Positions 21,702 to 34,934 of a DNA stretch of 64,000 nt are shown in pieces. The notes below the pieces were generated by a model, which saw nothing but the letters and a program-made list of their open reading frames with translations, ran no database searches and was not told the origin of the DNA. A program made the position numbers and the translations under genes. The stretch is taken from the NCBI RefSeq assembly GCF_020745735.1, contig NC_083435.1, positions 28,581,231-28,645,230 on the forward strand. Direction: 5' to 3'. Source of the stretch: Hemiscyllium ocellatum (lineage: Eukaryota). Position 1 is the first letter of the stretch. Every line of letters begins with the position of its first letter.

Positions 21702-23390
21702 TGCTATGGACTAAGTCAGACATCCTCAAAACATTTCAAGAAGGTAGCCCAGACCCTAACTTTTCAAATTGTTTTAAGCAGGTGTAAAGTGGATATTCCA
21801 GGACTGATGCAGCTGGCCCAACCACTCAGTTTTAGAGATAACGTAATGTTATCAAGTTTTAAGAAGATTTGAAATATAACATAATTTATTAAGAACCACT
21901 GAATGAAACATGATTAAAAGAAAATCAACCTTTGAATAAACTTTGAAACTTTGAAAGCCCAAATGACTCTATGGCGATGTTTCAAATATTTGCAACATCC
22001 CCACAAACATCCCCTTGACAAAAAAGTTAAAATGAAACACAGGTTCTTACAGCAGAGAGATCAGAGAGAGAGAGAGAGAGGATCAGCATAGAGCTAGTTC
22101 TTTGGGTGCCAGCAGCTTCTTTTGGTTCCCAGCTAAAACTTGACCAGCAGCTGCAAACATTTTGCTGAGGCTAAACCAAACCCTGAACTGGGAGAACTGG
22201 CCACTCCATTTCATTGTACAAGTGTTTAAAAAAGAACACTGAAAAGCTTTCCGAAGTACGTATTTCCAGACGAGTCAAAACCTCTGCATTTAGGAACCCT
22301 CTGATAAAAAGGCAAAGACAACGTAACCTTGTTAAAGGAGTAGCATCATCACACCTCCCCCTTAAATAAAATTAAACATCAATATCCAAAGATGACTTCA
22401 TTTTAAAACCCCTTAATCTCATACTGTTAGTACATTATTGAACACATATATTTCACATTGACTCCCACCATGCAAACATGCACTACTACCATCTATTTCA
22501 GTCCATTTATTCCTGCCACCGAATGCCTCTGTTTCTCAACCAAGTCTCAGCAGTGTGGCAACAATCACATTTTCTTGTTCTGCTGCAGGTACAATTTTCA
22601 AATTGAATGCCTGTAACAACAAGTTCCATGAAACAGTCTGAATATTTTTGCTTTAATGTTTCAAAAAAATTCAATGGATTATAATCAATGTGTATGATTG
22701 TCTTAGATATATTACTGGTAACATTAACATTGAAATGCTGTAATGCTAACGCTACGCTCAAAGTCTCCTTCTAAACTGTCAAATATTTCTGCTGATGAAC
22801 ATCCAATTTCCTGGAGAAATACTCGATAGGTTTTTTTCTATCTTTTCATCGTCTTCCTGCAAAAGCACACCAGAAAGTTTTCTTGGACTTTGACAAGTTC
22901 ACTCTTAGCCAGTTTTTATCATCAAGCCTGCCTCCCGAAGTCAACTGAACAATTCTGATAAATGTTGCAAATACTTTTTCCATGTGTGACTAGAAAAGTC
23001 ATCAGGTTATCAATATAAACTAAACAACTGGTTAATCCGGAAGTGACCTTATTGGTTAGTCTCAGGAATGTGGCTGCGTCGTTTTTCAAAACAAATGGCA
23101 TGACTTTAAATTGATGTAATCCATTTGACATTACGAAAGCTGAAATTGACTTCACTGTTTTGGATCCTCTGAGTAAGTCCAATTTCAAAATAAAAGTTGC
23201 TTGACCCGCCTTTGCAACACTGTCTTCCAAACGTGAAGTCAGGGATGCATCACTCTTTGTAATGCATTGACTTTGTGACAGCTAAACCTTGACCACCAGC
23301 AACAAACTAAACAACTTGTTAAAACCAAACCAAACCTAACCCTGAACTCAGAGAACTAGCTATTCCCCTTTCATTGTGCAAGAGCTTAAT
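21702..23390 (-). mobile_element. Deleted Gypsy/Ty3 LTR retrotransposon: 3' LTR 22353-21702, PPT 22365-22354, RT remnant, second LTR fragment about 23270-23390
   Basis: PPT TTAAGGGGGAGG directly precedes TGTGATG on the minus strand; ORF 22922..23230 has KLDLLRG, MPFVLKNDAATFLRL, VYIDN (Gypsy RT motifs); LTR homologous to 41497-42332. Confidence 0.8.
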
Positions 23391-24321
23391 TGCCAGAGAG
23401 GTCAGAAAGGGGGGCAGACAGAGAAAGAGAGAGAGGGAGAGGGGGGTGATCATCGCAGAAATGCTTCTGTAATTATCTAAGCATATTTATTCCTCTTTCT
23501 TAAGTACAGGAATTATTTTATCCCTGTGTTAGTCCTCTATGCTATATCTTGTTAAATATGTGAAGCATTATTTCTGCTACATTTGGTCTAGATTCTTTTC
23601 AACTGTAACTTGTGAAAACAACAGTCTTTATTTCCTCTTTTAGTTAGTTTATTTTATTCCAATGTAACCTCTTTTTATTTACAATACCCTTATCTCATTG
23701 CTAGTTTTATCATTCATTAACATGATCCTGTATCTTTAGTTCCCTGATACATTCCAAGGTCAAACGATCCTTTAGATGTCTGCCCGCTCTCTATCTTGAA
23801 CTGTCTGTACAGCATTATACCTGTTATAGTGCTACATTTGTATATCTGTTTATAATTTTTTGTTTTATAGTAATTGTTCAATAATTTGAATTCACAGATC
23901 CTCTTTTTCTAACTTGATTAATTGATTTAAATCTGTAATTTTCCCCTTTGTATGATCTCTTACCATGCACTCTAGAACAATGAGCTTCATGTTTCTCTTG
24001 ACTAACCCTCAATTGTCCTATTGCATTCCCAGGACGTCCAAACATAGATTGGGATACATACAGATGGACTCTAACCTCACAGCTTTAATGCATTGTCTGA
24101 GTGAAATGTCACATTTTAAAAAAAAAATATCAAACCTTTCTTTCTTGAGAATGCGACTAAAAATATGTTCTGGGATTTACATATTCATGAACTGAAACCT
24201 GCAACCCATTCCAAAAGATGAAAGACTTAACAGCAGTAGAGATTTGTTCAATATAGCATTTCGGTTGCATGACACTGTCATCTTTTGTGATAAATTCTGC
24301 GTCTTTTGATTCTTTCTCAAA

Positions 24322-24446
24322 GTTACCAAATGAAGGATCAGAAGTCCAAAAGCTAGTGCTTCCAAATAAACCTGTTGGATGAAAACTTAGTGTTGTGTGA
24401 TTTTTAACTATGTCCACCCCAGTCCAATATCGGCACTTCCACATCA
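24322..24446 (+). mobile_element. Penelope pseudo-LTR-derived repeat with decayed hammerhead core
   Basis: ..tgaagga..ccaaaagctagtgcttccaaataaacctgttgga..; homologous to the arms at 41857-42097. Confidence 0.6.
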
Positions 24447-24479
24447 TGGATAAAAGGGCATTGAATTACCATCACAGAC

Positions 24480-24920
24480 AAAATATGCACTTCCTCAGTA
24501 CTAACCCTCTGACAATGAAGCACTGCCTCATTACTTAACTTCTGACAGTGCGGTACTCCCTCGGTCCTGACTCTCTGAACTTTCAGCACTCCCTCAACAT
24601 TGACCTTTTGAAGCACTCCCTCAGTACTGTCCCTCTGACAATGCAACGTTCCCTCAGTATTGACGCTCTAACAGTGCTGCACTCCTTCAGTACTGACTCT
24701 CTGGCAGTGCAACACTCCCTCAGTACTGATCTTCTGATAGTGCGGCACTCCCTCAGTATTGGCCCTCTGACAATGCATCAAACATTCACTACTGACCTAC
24801 TGACAGTGCAGCACTCCCTCAGTACTGAACATCGGACAATACAGCAATCTGTTACTACTGATGACACAACAGTGTTAGTGTTGCCTCAACATTGACGTTC
24901 TCATAATTCACGATTCCTCA
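24480..24920 (+). repeat. 33-bp minisatellite (CAGCACTCCCTCAGTACTGACCCTCTGACAGTG), about 13 degenerate units
   Basis: Direct inspection; spurious ORF with 11-aa periodicity QHSLSTDPLTV. Confidence 0.9.
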
Positions 24921-24999
24921 GTGTTCTACTTCTGTTAATGCAATACTTCCCAATGATGCTTTTGTGACAGAGTAACCCTGCCCAAGGAGTACTGTGAGA

Positions 25000-25125
25000 A
25001 AGTGAGGACTACAGATGCTGGAGACCAGAGTTGAAAAATGTGGTGCTGGAAAAACACAGCAGGCCAGACAGTATCTGAGAATCAGGAGAATTGGTGTTTC
25101 GGGCATAAGCCCTTCTTCAGGAAGG
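25000..25125 (-). mobile_element. Penelope pseudo-LTR-derived repeat with hammerhead-like core, mutated at the cleavage site
   Basis: Minus strand reads TTC-CTGAAGA-A-GGGC-TTAT-GCCC-GAAA-CACC. Confidence 0.7.
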
Positions 25126-28100
25126 AGATTCCAAGGAATACTATGAGCAGTTTTGCTCCCCTTAGTTCAGGAAAGATGTCATTTTACTGGAGGCCAATGA
25201 AGAGAATATTCAGTGGAATAATTGCTTTTGGCAAAAAGGTCTAAACACTAGTAACTGGATTTTAGAAGAATAAGACGTGATTTCATTAAACATGTCTGAT
25301 TTTTAAGGACTTAACACGGTAAATGTTAAATGGTTGGTTCTCCGCATGGAAGAGTCTAGGAGTACAGGGCTGAGTCTCAGAATAAGGCAAAGCAAATCTG
25401 AGATTCAGATGAGGACAAACTTCTTCTCCAGGAGGATTGTGATTGCTTGGAACTCCTTTCCGCAGAGAACTACAGGGGCAGTATTCTTATTTATATTTCA
25501 ATTTAGGATAGATTCATGATCAATCAGGGAGCAAGGCTTATAGTGTAAGTGCAGGAAAGTGGTAGTGAGAAATATTGGTTTGCTCATTTTGTTAATGAAT
25601 GGTTGTGAGGTTTGATGCACAAAATGGCCTACTCCTCTTCCTGTTTCTCATTCTCTTAAAACTGATAGTAACAGGCTACACTATCAATAATAATTCTGCA
25701 TCTGGTGACAGCATGTTAATGGGCATTACATTTGCTGACATAAGTGTGTCATACTATATTTCAAAAATGATTTTCTTATTTCAGTTTGAATTCTGATAAA
25801 ATACAAATACATTTCTGACCACATGGAATAAGGATCATCTCTGAGTCATAGAAATTGACAACATAGAAAGATAGCATTCAACCACTGTCAAAGTGTTACG
25901 CTGCCTCATTTCCACTTCTTAGCAGTTAGTGTTTAACTTGGAAATTTAGGACAATTGAAGTGCATCTTTGGATGCTTGCCTTTGTCATCCTTCATGCTTA
26001 GATTTCTAGACTTCCAAAATGCTCGCTATGCAAACATCTTTCTCAGTTCCCCTTTAATTGCCCTGATTGCTGATAACAATTTGTTAAAGGATATCTGTCT
26101 TTGTCTCCATTCATTCTACATCACCAGGAATTGCACTCACCTGCATCCAATTTCTCTGCAGCATTTCTGTTCCATACAAAATCTGAAAACCTTATCCTCC
26201 CCTTTTCAACATGCTTCGGCACTGGTGAGTCCTCATAAATCTCCACTACACTTACGCCCATATTAGCACATCACTCCCATGCCAGGCACTGTGTGCAGAA
26301 TCTATGGTCCAGCTCTTAGTTCATTTTGCTCTTGCATTAAATTCCTGCTGTCTCCAGGCAGTCCCCAGCTTATGAACATGTTTCAGAGTATGTTTGTAAG
26401 TCAATAAGTTGGAAACAATATGGTACTGTGAAAGTATAAGTGAACATTGACATGCCAGCCCCTTCAACTTCTGAGTAACATAGCATATCTTGGAAGTAAG
26501 ATCACAAATTCCGTATTCATAAGTCAGTCATGAGCTGGAAAGGTTCTACCCATGGTTTTTAATTATCTTCACTCGCAATAGTTGATAAGCTGTTATACGA
26601 CCCATCATGCGGTCATACGTATTTATTTTCATGTAGTCATCAATCTCATTCCATTCTAAGATATTTTCCTCAATACCATTCCCCAATACTTTTCCAAATG
26701 CTATAATTATGTAGAAAAGTTCTATTGTGGGATTGTATTAAATACTTGTTGAAAATGCAATTACAGAAAAAGCATGTGCATGTCTCTACCCGCTGGATCA
26801 ACTTTAAAATATGTACAAATCTCTCAGGTATAGTCCTTCTAACAAATGTATTGATTTAAACTTTTAGACTGGGCTTTCATATCATCCACAGGCTTCTTCT
26901 CACATTTTGCAGCTCTTTCCGCATTGTTGTTTTTATTCTCACTATTTCTCCCAATCTGAGTGATTTGCCTTCTGTGAAGCTTTTATTCTAGTTCTTTCTT
27001 TAGCTTTGATTCAGTGTCATACTCATATAGGTAATGCTAAGTATTTGTTGGTAATCTATTGGTGAAAGCCCTGTTGAGAAATAAAGAGCATTATGCTGAG
27101 GGAAGATGATACTTTTGTATATCCACACTGGTTGATGGCAAAGAATAATTACTCTGTTTCTCAGGTGCCAGCCATTTTCTGATTCATTATTGAAGACAAT
27201 GTTATTGATTAAATCAGGGGCAACATTTCTGATGGATAAGTTAATCAAGGTTTGGCAGTTAATTGACAGTATCTGCTAAGTGGTGCACTTTCCATGGCCA
27301 AACCTCCACCAATCAAAGTCCAATTACTTAATAACCATCCCGTCATCCCTTGTCTAGTCCTGTTACAATTTTATACATTTCTATGAGATCTCTCCTCAAT
27401 CTTCTAAATTGTCCTGTATTTAGCCCAACCTGATGCAGTCTCTCTTCAGAGCGATTCCACATGTGGAAGAATTCAAACCTCAACGCCATAAATGCAAAAC
27501 ATTACAAGTAGATGCCTTGGAGGTCATCAGGAGCACTCTTTTGGGTGGTTACAACGTGGAACTAGCTTCCATGAGGAGTTGATGAGGCAAGTTGTTTAAA
27601 TGCTTTCAAAGTAAAACAAGAGAATGTGTATTTGGAAAATGGGAGGGATTGATGAACTGAATAATTGAGATGAAGGCAATGGAGTGAAGTCAGTTCTATA
27701 AGCAGAATAAAGTTCAAGACAGACCAGATGTATACCTGGCCATTTCCCTTCTCGACATTGTCTAATAAATAATATTCTCTGTATCTGTATCTATCGAGGA
27801 AGATCCAAATTTTGAAGTTGCAAAAGATCTGCTCCACTCCACAGCTGATCTAACTCACACATGACATGCTATGCACAGCGAACAGTCAGTGGTTCAAATG
27901 TAGAGACAGCCAGTAACTTTTTTTTTCTGTTTGAGTTTTGTCTGCATTGATGTCTATTGTTGAAAATGAGTTGCTGGAAAAGCGCAGCAGGTCAGGCAGC
28001 ATCCAAGGAGCAGGAGAATCGACATTTCGGGCAAACGGTATACAATATTCCATTAAACGAGCAGACTTGTGAGGTTTACTTTCATTCGGATGAAATAGAA

Positions 28101-28153
28101 GGGATCACTTGAGGCATTTAACTGATCAAAAATGGAGAACAAATCAGTATTAT

Positions 28154-28350
28154 GGGCGGCACGGTGGCACAGTGGTCACAGCGCCAGAGACCCGTGTTCA
28201 ATTCCCGCCTCAGGCGACTCTCTGTGTGGAGTTTGCACTTTCTCCCCGTGTCTGCGTGGGTTTTCTCCAGGTGCTCCGGTTGCCCCCACATTCCAAAGAT
28301 GCGCAGGTTTGGTAAATTGGCCATGCTAAATTCCCCGTATTGTTAGGTGA
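28154..28350 (+). mobile_element. HE1-type SINE, partial
   Basis: gggcggcacggtggcacagtgg..gttcaattcc..ggagtttgcactttctccccgtgtctgcgtggg..ggccatgctaaattcccc. Confidence 0.85.
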
Positions 28351-29470
28351 ATTAGAGAAATCTGTCTGCCTGCAGATAGTATGGTGAATAAACTGTTGTC
28401 TCTTTTTACAAACAAGCCTCAGGTGAGATTCGACAATTTATTTAGGTTCTAAATTGGAGATACCCTGAACTTTTAAGCTCTTTGAACTTAATCATTCAGA
28501 CAACATTATATTCAGCGGGGCCTCCCACTGCTTCACTGACACCATTTTACTCTGATTGAGCAGTTACGTGCCAAATTTGAAGTGTTTCTTGAATGTCCAA
28601 TAACATTTTGATACACAGCTGCCCTCTATAACTGTAGCCAATCAGATAAATGATTAAATGAGCAATTCATGACAATATATTTTCAAACAAATACCAACTA
28701 TCAGATTATTGCAGCCCTTCAGGCTAACATAGAACCTCAAACTAATTGCACATAACATAATTACAAAAACAAGCCATTAAGCCAAAGCAGTCTTTCAAAA
28801 TCATTAATTAAACATCTCAAATGCACTTATGGAGGTGGCCATGAGGCGTCTTCTGAAATTGCTTTGAGGAAGGGAGTTCCAGCCTTTTGAACCAAACAGT
28901 CAATAAATGATCCCATTCACTGTCAGATTGCCAGATGGCTTGGAAATGAACTTGCAAATAAATGCCTGCAGCAATGTTGTTGGACCAAGCTGTCTGGCAT
29001 AAATTAGATATCTTCCTTGCTCTAAGATATGATTCTTACCAATGGACTCCCATTAATTTCAACTTTGCTACAATTGTTCCATCCCACATTCAGTCAAATA
29101 GTCCTTGATACGAAGCTCTCGGTCACCTCATTGATTTCTGATATTTTGTCATTTTGTTTAATCATTTGGGGGAAATGGGCGTCACTGGCTGGGTAGCATT
29201 GATAGCCCATCTCTATTTGCCCTTGAGAAGGTGATGATGAGCGGCCTTCTGGAATCGCTGCAATCCACTCACTGTGGGTTGACCCACAATGCTTACAGGA
29301 ATGGAGTTACAGGAGTTTGACTCAACAATTATGAAGGAGTTGTGGTATATTTCCAAATCAGGGTGGTGAGTGGCTTGGAGGGGAACATGCAGGTAGTGGC
29401 GTTCCCAAATGTCTGCTGCCCTTGTTCTTCTAGATAGAAGTAGTTGTGGGTTTGGAAAGCACTCTGCCTG

Positions 29471-29510
29471 CATTCCTGATGAAGGGCTTTTGTCTGAAAC
29501 GTCGATTTTC
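29471..29510 (+). ncRNA. Minimal type I hammerhead ribozyme motif in a Penelope pseudo-LTR repeat (repeat about 29470-29565)
   Basis: TC-CTGATGA-A-GGGC TTTT GTCT-GAAA-CGTC-GA: complete catalytic core, wobble-paired stem II, palindromic ACGT stem III, GUC triplet. Activity not shown. Confidence 0.6.
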
Positions 29511-30042
29511 CTGCTCCTCGGATGCTGCCTGAACTGTTGTGCTTTTCCAGCACCACTCTACCCCATTATGCCATCTCACCTTCAACCCTGCTTCTGGTCT
29601 TGGACAATCTGTGAATTTTTGAAAGGATGTGTAGTAAGAGGTAATTTAAACTCATTGTCAGAGTCTTAAGAAAGAGTGCAGGGATCGACAAGTTTTAGAA
29701 CAAATGCATTGACCTCCAGAGGCACTTTCATGGCACAATGTTAGTGTCCCTGCCACTGAGCTAGAGAGTCTGTGTTCAAGTCCTACCTGTTCTACACGTG
29801 TGTAATATCCTTTCTGAGCAGGATGATTTTGCAAATATCTACAGGAACCTTTGAAGGTGGCATTCCAAATCATGAATAAACTGCCAGATTATCTTTGCAA
29901 TCAGAACATGTGTAACCCTTTGTTTCACAAGCCAACCAAAATAGCAACAATGTTAAGCTAAACATTCATAAATTGCTGACCGTGCCTCAGATAGGACATC
30001 ATTGTTCCGATCTGGGCAGCATAGTTCAGGGGCGATGTTTTT

Positions 30043-30372
30043 CATAGAATTCCTGCTGTGTGGAAGAAGGCCACCAGACCATGAATCCACACTGACTCTC
30101 TGATCGGCACCCTACATAGATCCACCCTAACCCTGCATTTCTCATGGCTAATCCACGTACTCTGCATATCCGTGGGCACTGGGAGTAATTTTTCATAGCT
30201 AACCCACTGATCTGCACATCTCCGGTCTGTGGAAGGAAACTGGAGTACTCGGAGGAAACCTATGCAGACACAGGAAGAATGTGCAAACATCACACAGACA
30301 TTTGCCTGAGGCTGGAATCGAACCCTGGTCTCAGGTACTGCGAGGCAGCAACGCTAATTATTAAGCCACCAT
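30043..30372 (-). mobile_element. HE1-type SINE
   Basis: Reverse-strand HE1 core and tRNA head (gctggaatcgaaccctgg..gcgaggcagca). Confidence 0.8.
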
Positions 30373-30920
30373 CCTTATCTCAATGGCTTTTTGAAAACTG
30401 GTATTGGGATAAATTGTAGACAAATGAATGATTGGTTTAGGCCACTACTTAACAGACTTTGGTGAGACCCCCCATGGAATTCTATGCGAGCTTTGTTCTC
30501 CTTATGTAATGAAGGGTATTCCTGCGATAGAGGCTGTACAGTAAATGTTTAGTAGACTGTTTCCATGAATGGCAGGATCGAAATATGAGGGGAGGTTGAA
30601 TTGGTTAGGATTTTACTTAGTGGACTTCAGCAGACTAAAGGAAGGGGATGATAATCTCATTGAAACCTATACAATTCCAGCAGGGCTAGGCAGGGCAGAT
30701 GAAGGAAGGGTTTTCTTAATGATGGGTGAATCCAGGACCAAAGGTCAAAATCTAAGGATATAAGGTAGGTTATTTAGGACTGAGATAAGAAATTACTTAA
30801 CCCATTGACAGGTGAGCCTGTGGAGTTCATGAATACAGAAAGGAATCGAGACCAAAATCATGTTAGGATTTCCAGATGGAGGTTCTTACAGCAGTTGAGG
30901 AAAAACGGATCAAACTATAT

Positions 30921-31196
30921 GATTAGAAAGCATTAGATCACTTACAACTTACACCTTCGGACCAACAACTCCACCCACCCATACCTCTACATTTACTCCT
31001 TACCTAGCACTAAGGGCAATTTAGCATGGCCAATTCACCTGACCCGCACATCTTTGGACTGTGGGAGGAAACCGGAGCACCCGGAGGAAACCCACGCAGA
31101 CACGGGGAGAACGTGCAAACTCCACACAGTCTGTAGTTTGAGTCGGGAATTGAACGCAGGTCTCAGGCGCTGTGAGGCAGCAGTGCTGACCACTGT
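30921..31196 (-). mobile_element. HE1-type SINE
   Basis: Closely resembles 14085-14394. Confidence 0.88.
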
Positions 31197-31534
31197 TAGA
31201 GGTTAGTTGTTTTGAGACATGAATAGCATGGTAGCCTTTCAGCTGGAGATTGAGCATGACTGGTACATTGTACGATAAGGTTTTCAGATATTGGAATGGA
31301 GTTCTTGTTGGAAGAGATGAAAATGCGGAGAGATGTCCTGTATCAGCAGGGAACCAAGAGGCCTGACAGACATCTCAGCAAGCAACAAGTAGTGACAGAG
31401 GTCAACAGCTCACACTTATCTAAATTACTCTTGATCCGTCACTCCTTTACCCACTGATGCATCAGAACACGATCCCATTGTAACCTGAAACTTGCCCTAA
31501 TTGATTAGGTCTCTTGACTGTGAGATTCCCAGAA

Positions 31535-33400
31535 CACTGAGACTCCCTGAACTGTAATTTGCCCTAATCAATAAGGTTCACTGTGCAGAGAGACTTCCTG
31601 AGCAATGAGACTGCCACAGCCTTGGGAATCCCTGAGCCTTGAGAATCATTGAGCCTTGAGACTCACGGAGCAATGAGATTATCTGAACAACGAGACTCCC
31701 TGAGCAGTGAGAGTCCCTGTGCAGTGAAAGTTATAGATTCATCGATTTGTGCAACACAGAAACATACCCTATGGTCGAACTTGTCCCTGACGACCAGATG
31801 TACTAAATTAGTCTAGTCCCATTTGGCATCATTTGGTGCCATTTTTTCCAAACCCTTTCTAACCATTACCCAATCCAGATGACTATGAAATGTGGTAATT
31901 GTACCAGTGTCACGTCTGGATGCTCATACTATATACGCACAATCCTTATGCACACCATCCTGTGAAATCACATATTGCTCATTGAGTCCAATTTATGTCT
32001 TTCCCCTCTTAACTTAAATTTATGCCCTCTTGTTTTGGACTCCCCTACTCTGGGTGAAAGATCTTGGCTATTCACGCTATCTCGGCTTCTCATGATTTTA
32101 AAAGCCTCCATAAGGTCACCACCTCAGTCTCCAAAACTCCAGGGCAATCAGATCCAGCATATTCAGTCTCTGCATTTTACTCAAAACCCTCCAAACCTGA
32201 CAACATCATTGTAAATCGTTCCAGCAAGGTTTCATGTTTAACAACATTTTTTCTATGGTAGGGAGACCAAAATTCAATGCAGTATTCAAAAAGTGGCCTA
32301 TCCAATATCCTACACAGACAAAATGTGCCTTCTCAACTTCTATACTCAATGCACTAAACAAATGCCTTCTTCATTACTCTGTCTACGCATGACTCCACCT
32401 TCAAGGAACTATGAACTTGCACTCTATGATGTCTTTGTTAGCTACACTTTACAGAACCTAGCATAACATGTACAAGTCTTGCCCTGATTTGAATTAGCAA
32501 AGTGTTAATACCTCACACTTATCTAAATTAAACTCCATTTACTGCTACTCTGCCAATTGACCCATCTGACTGAGGTCTGTACCCTGGTATAACATTCACT
32601 CTTCACTTTTGGTGTTATCTCCAAAGAAGCTAACCATTCCTCCTATTTTCACATTTACATTGCTTATATAAAGGACACTACTGGTCACAGGCTTCCAGTT
32701 TGAAAACAACCGTTTACCACTATTGTCTGTCTTCCACCTTCCGTCAGTTTTGCATTCAAATGCCTAGCTCTCTCTGGATCCCACGTGATCGAACTTTGCT
32801 AACCAATCTAACATGGGGAACCTTATCAAATGTCTACCTGAAGCTCACAAAGAAAAGGTTCACCACTGTTTCTTCATCAATCTTCCCAGTCACTACTTCA
32901 ATAAATTCAATCTCCTAGAGCAGTGATTTGCCCTGATCGGTGTGGCCCCACTGAGCAGTGACACTCCCTGAGCAGTGAGACGCCCTGAGCAATGAGACTC
33001 ACTAAACTCTAATAGACCTGAGCAATGAGACTCCTTGAACAGTGATTTGCCCTGATCAGTAGATCTCCTGAGCAGTGGGACTTCCTGAGCCTTGAGACTT
33101 TCTGAGCAGTGAGACTCAGTAAACGCTGGTAGTCCCTGAGCAGTGAGATACCCTGAACAGTGATTTGCCCTGATAATTTAGGCCCCCTGAACAGTGACAG
33201 TCCCTGGGGACTGTGTCTCACTGAGCTTCGAGACTGTCTGAGCAATGATTTGCTCTGACCAGTAAGGTTCCCTGAGTAGTGATACTGCCTATGCAGTGAG
33301 ACTCCCTGGGCAGTGAGAGCCTTGAGCAACAAGGCTGACTGAGCAATGATGGTCACTCAGAGTTGATTTTCCCCTGATCAGTGAGATATCTCTGAGATGG
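31535..33400 (+). repeat. 17-bp minisatellite (CTGAGCAGTGAGACTCC), split by a CR1 insertion (repeat at 31535-31725 and 32913-33400)
   Basis: Units such as gagactccctgagcagt on both sides of the LINE; recurring variant gaacagtgatttgccctgatca. Confidence 0.85.
31729..32912 (-). mobile_element. 5'-truncated CR1 LINE inserted in the 17-bp array
   Basis: Reverse-strand RT motifs (agacatttgataaggttcccca = DKVPH region) and CR1 3' tail at the left end. Confidence 0.8.
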
Positions 33401-34934
33401 GAATCTTAAGCCATGGGTCCCTTGCAACGAGATGACTATTTAGTGAGACCCCGAATGACAAGGCTGAACTGAGTTCTAAGATATCATGAAATATGATACC
33501 TGGAATATAGAAAATTTGAGGCTGGTCACCCTGACAAGTCTATGCTTGGCACACGCTGTGAGGAGTTGAACATATATGCTGTTGGAAATTAACCATATAG
33601 TTAAAGCAATATTCTGTTGCATATCTGGAGAAAAAAAAAGGAGGGACGTTGTAACAAACCTGCATCCAGGCTAGTTTGGACCACATTTCAGATAATTGTA
33701 TACAGTTCTGCTCACCAGATGAAAAAAAAGGGAATTGAAACACTGTGAAAAACCAAATGAAGATTTATAGGCGTGTTTACAAGTTTTGTGTCAGAAATTG
33801 AAGGATAAATGCATCAAGAAGGAAATAAAGTCCAGGGAGTGGCAGTGAGTAAATGATATAGTTGGTTTCAAAGTGTAACGAAACTGATTAACCCAGGAGA
33901 CTGAGGCAGCACTTATCAGGGTCAGATCTTATGTGGGTGGTTTTGAATTTGCAAGATTTACTGCAGAGCAATTAAATCTCTGAAAGAAACTTCTCTTCAA
34001 ATCTATTCCAAGCACTTTCCCCCATTGATCTATTACTATCTGTGATTTCTCCGTGCAAACGCTCAGACCGCATTCCATTGCCTTTTCTTTCCTCATAGAA
34101 GGTCATTGAGGAGCCATCAGCCCGAGTTGAATCTGTAAGGCACTATGACATGCAACAGAGGGATGTGCAAGAGTTGTGGTGATATGCATTGAGTTTTGAC
34201 TAATATGCGATCACCTGAAGTTAGGTCTACTCAGATAACCGGGACAAGGGACTCGAGGGAGCATGCACACAGGACTGTGAAATCTAGTGGCATATCCTGA
34301 TGAAACAGGAGAACAAATATTTAAAGTCAGGAGGTGATTCTAGGCCTCATTGAATGCAGTTATGACACAAAGCCTTTCAATGTGAATCATCTGCTTGTTA
34401 GGAGCATTTTATTGTGAATGAAACTGAGGGAAAATTTGAAACTGGGATGAAGTTGGCCAGGTGCCAACCTTCAGACTGTGAACTGTGGCAGAGATTACCA
34501 GGGATGGACAACAGTACAGCACAGACCTCACCAAACTGTGTTCCGTGCCAGCTAAACAGTAACATAACGCTGCATCTGCCTTTACGATGACTGCAATTGC
34601 ATTTCAAGTGGAATTGACAGTTTATCAGCCTATGCAAAGCGGTAGTTTCAATCAACAACTATTCCTGTCAAAACATGAGCACAGTGGACTTTGTAACAGA
34701 GATTAATAAAGGTTGGCAAAGAATAATGAGTTCAGACAAATCTTACACTGAGTAGTGAAACAGAGTGAGACAACAGTACTCAGGATCAAAGTGTAAAAGG
34801 CAATTAAACCTCTGACATAACTTTCACGTTTATCTTTTCTAACCCACCCATCAGTCCTAGGATTTCTCTCTGAATGAAGGTGCACACTATTCTATCTCCA
34901 GTTTTTTTTACAAATCCCGAAGAAAAAAACGTGT

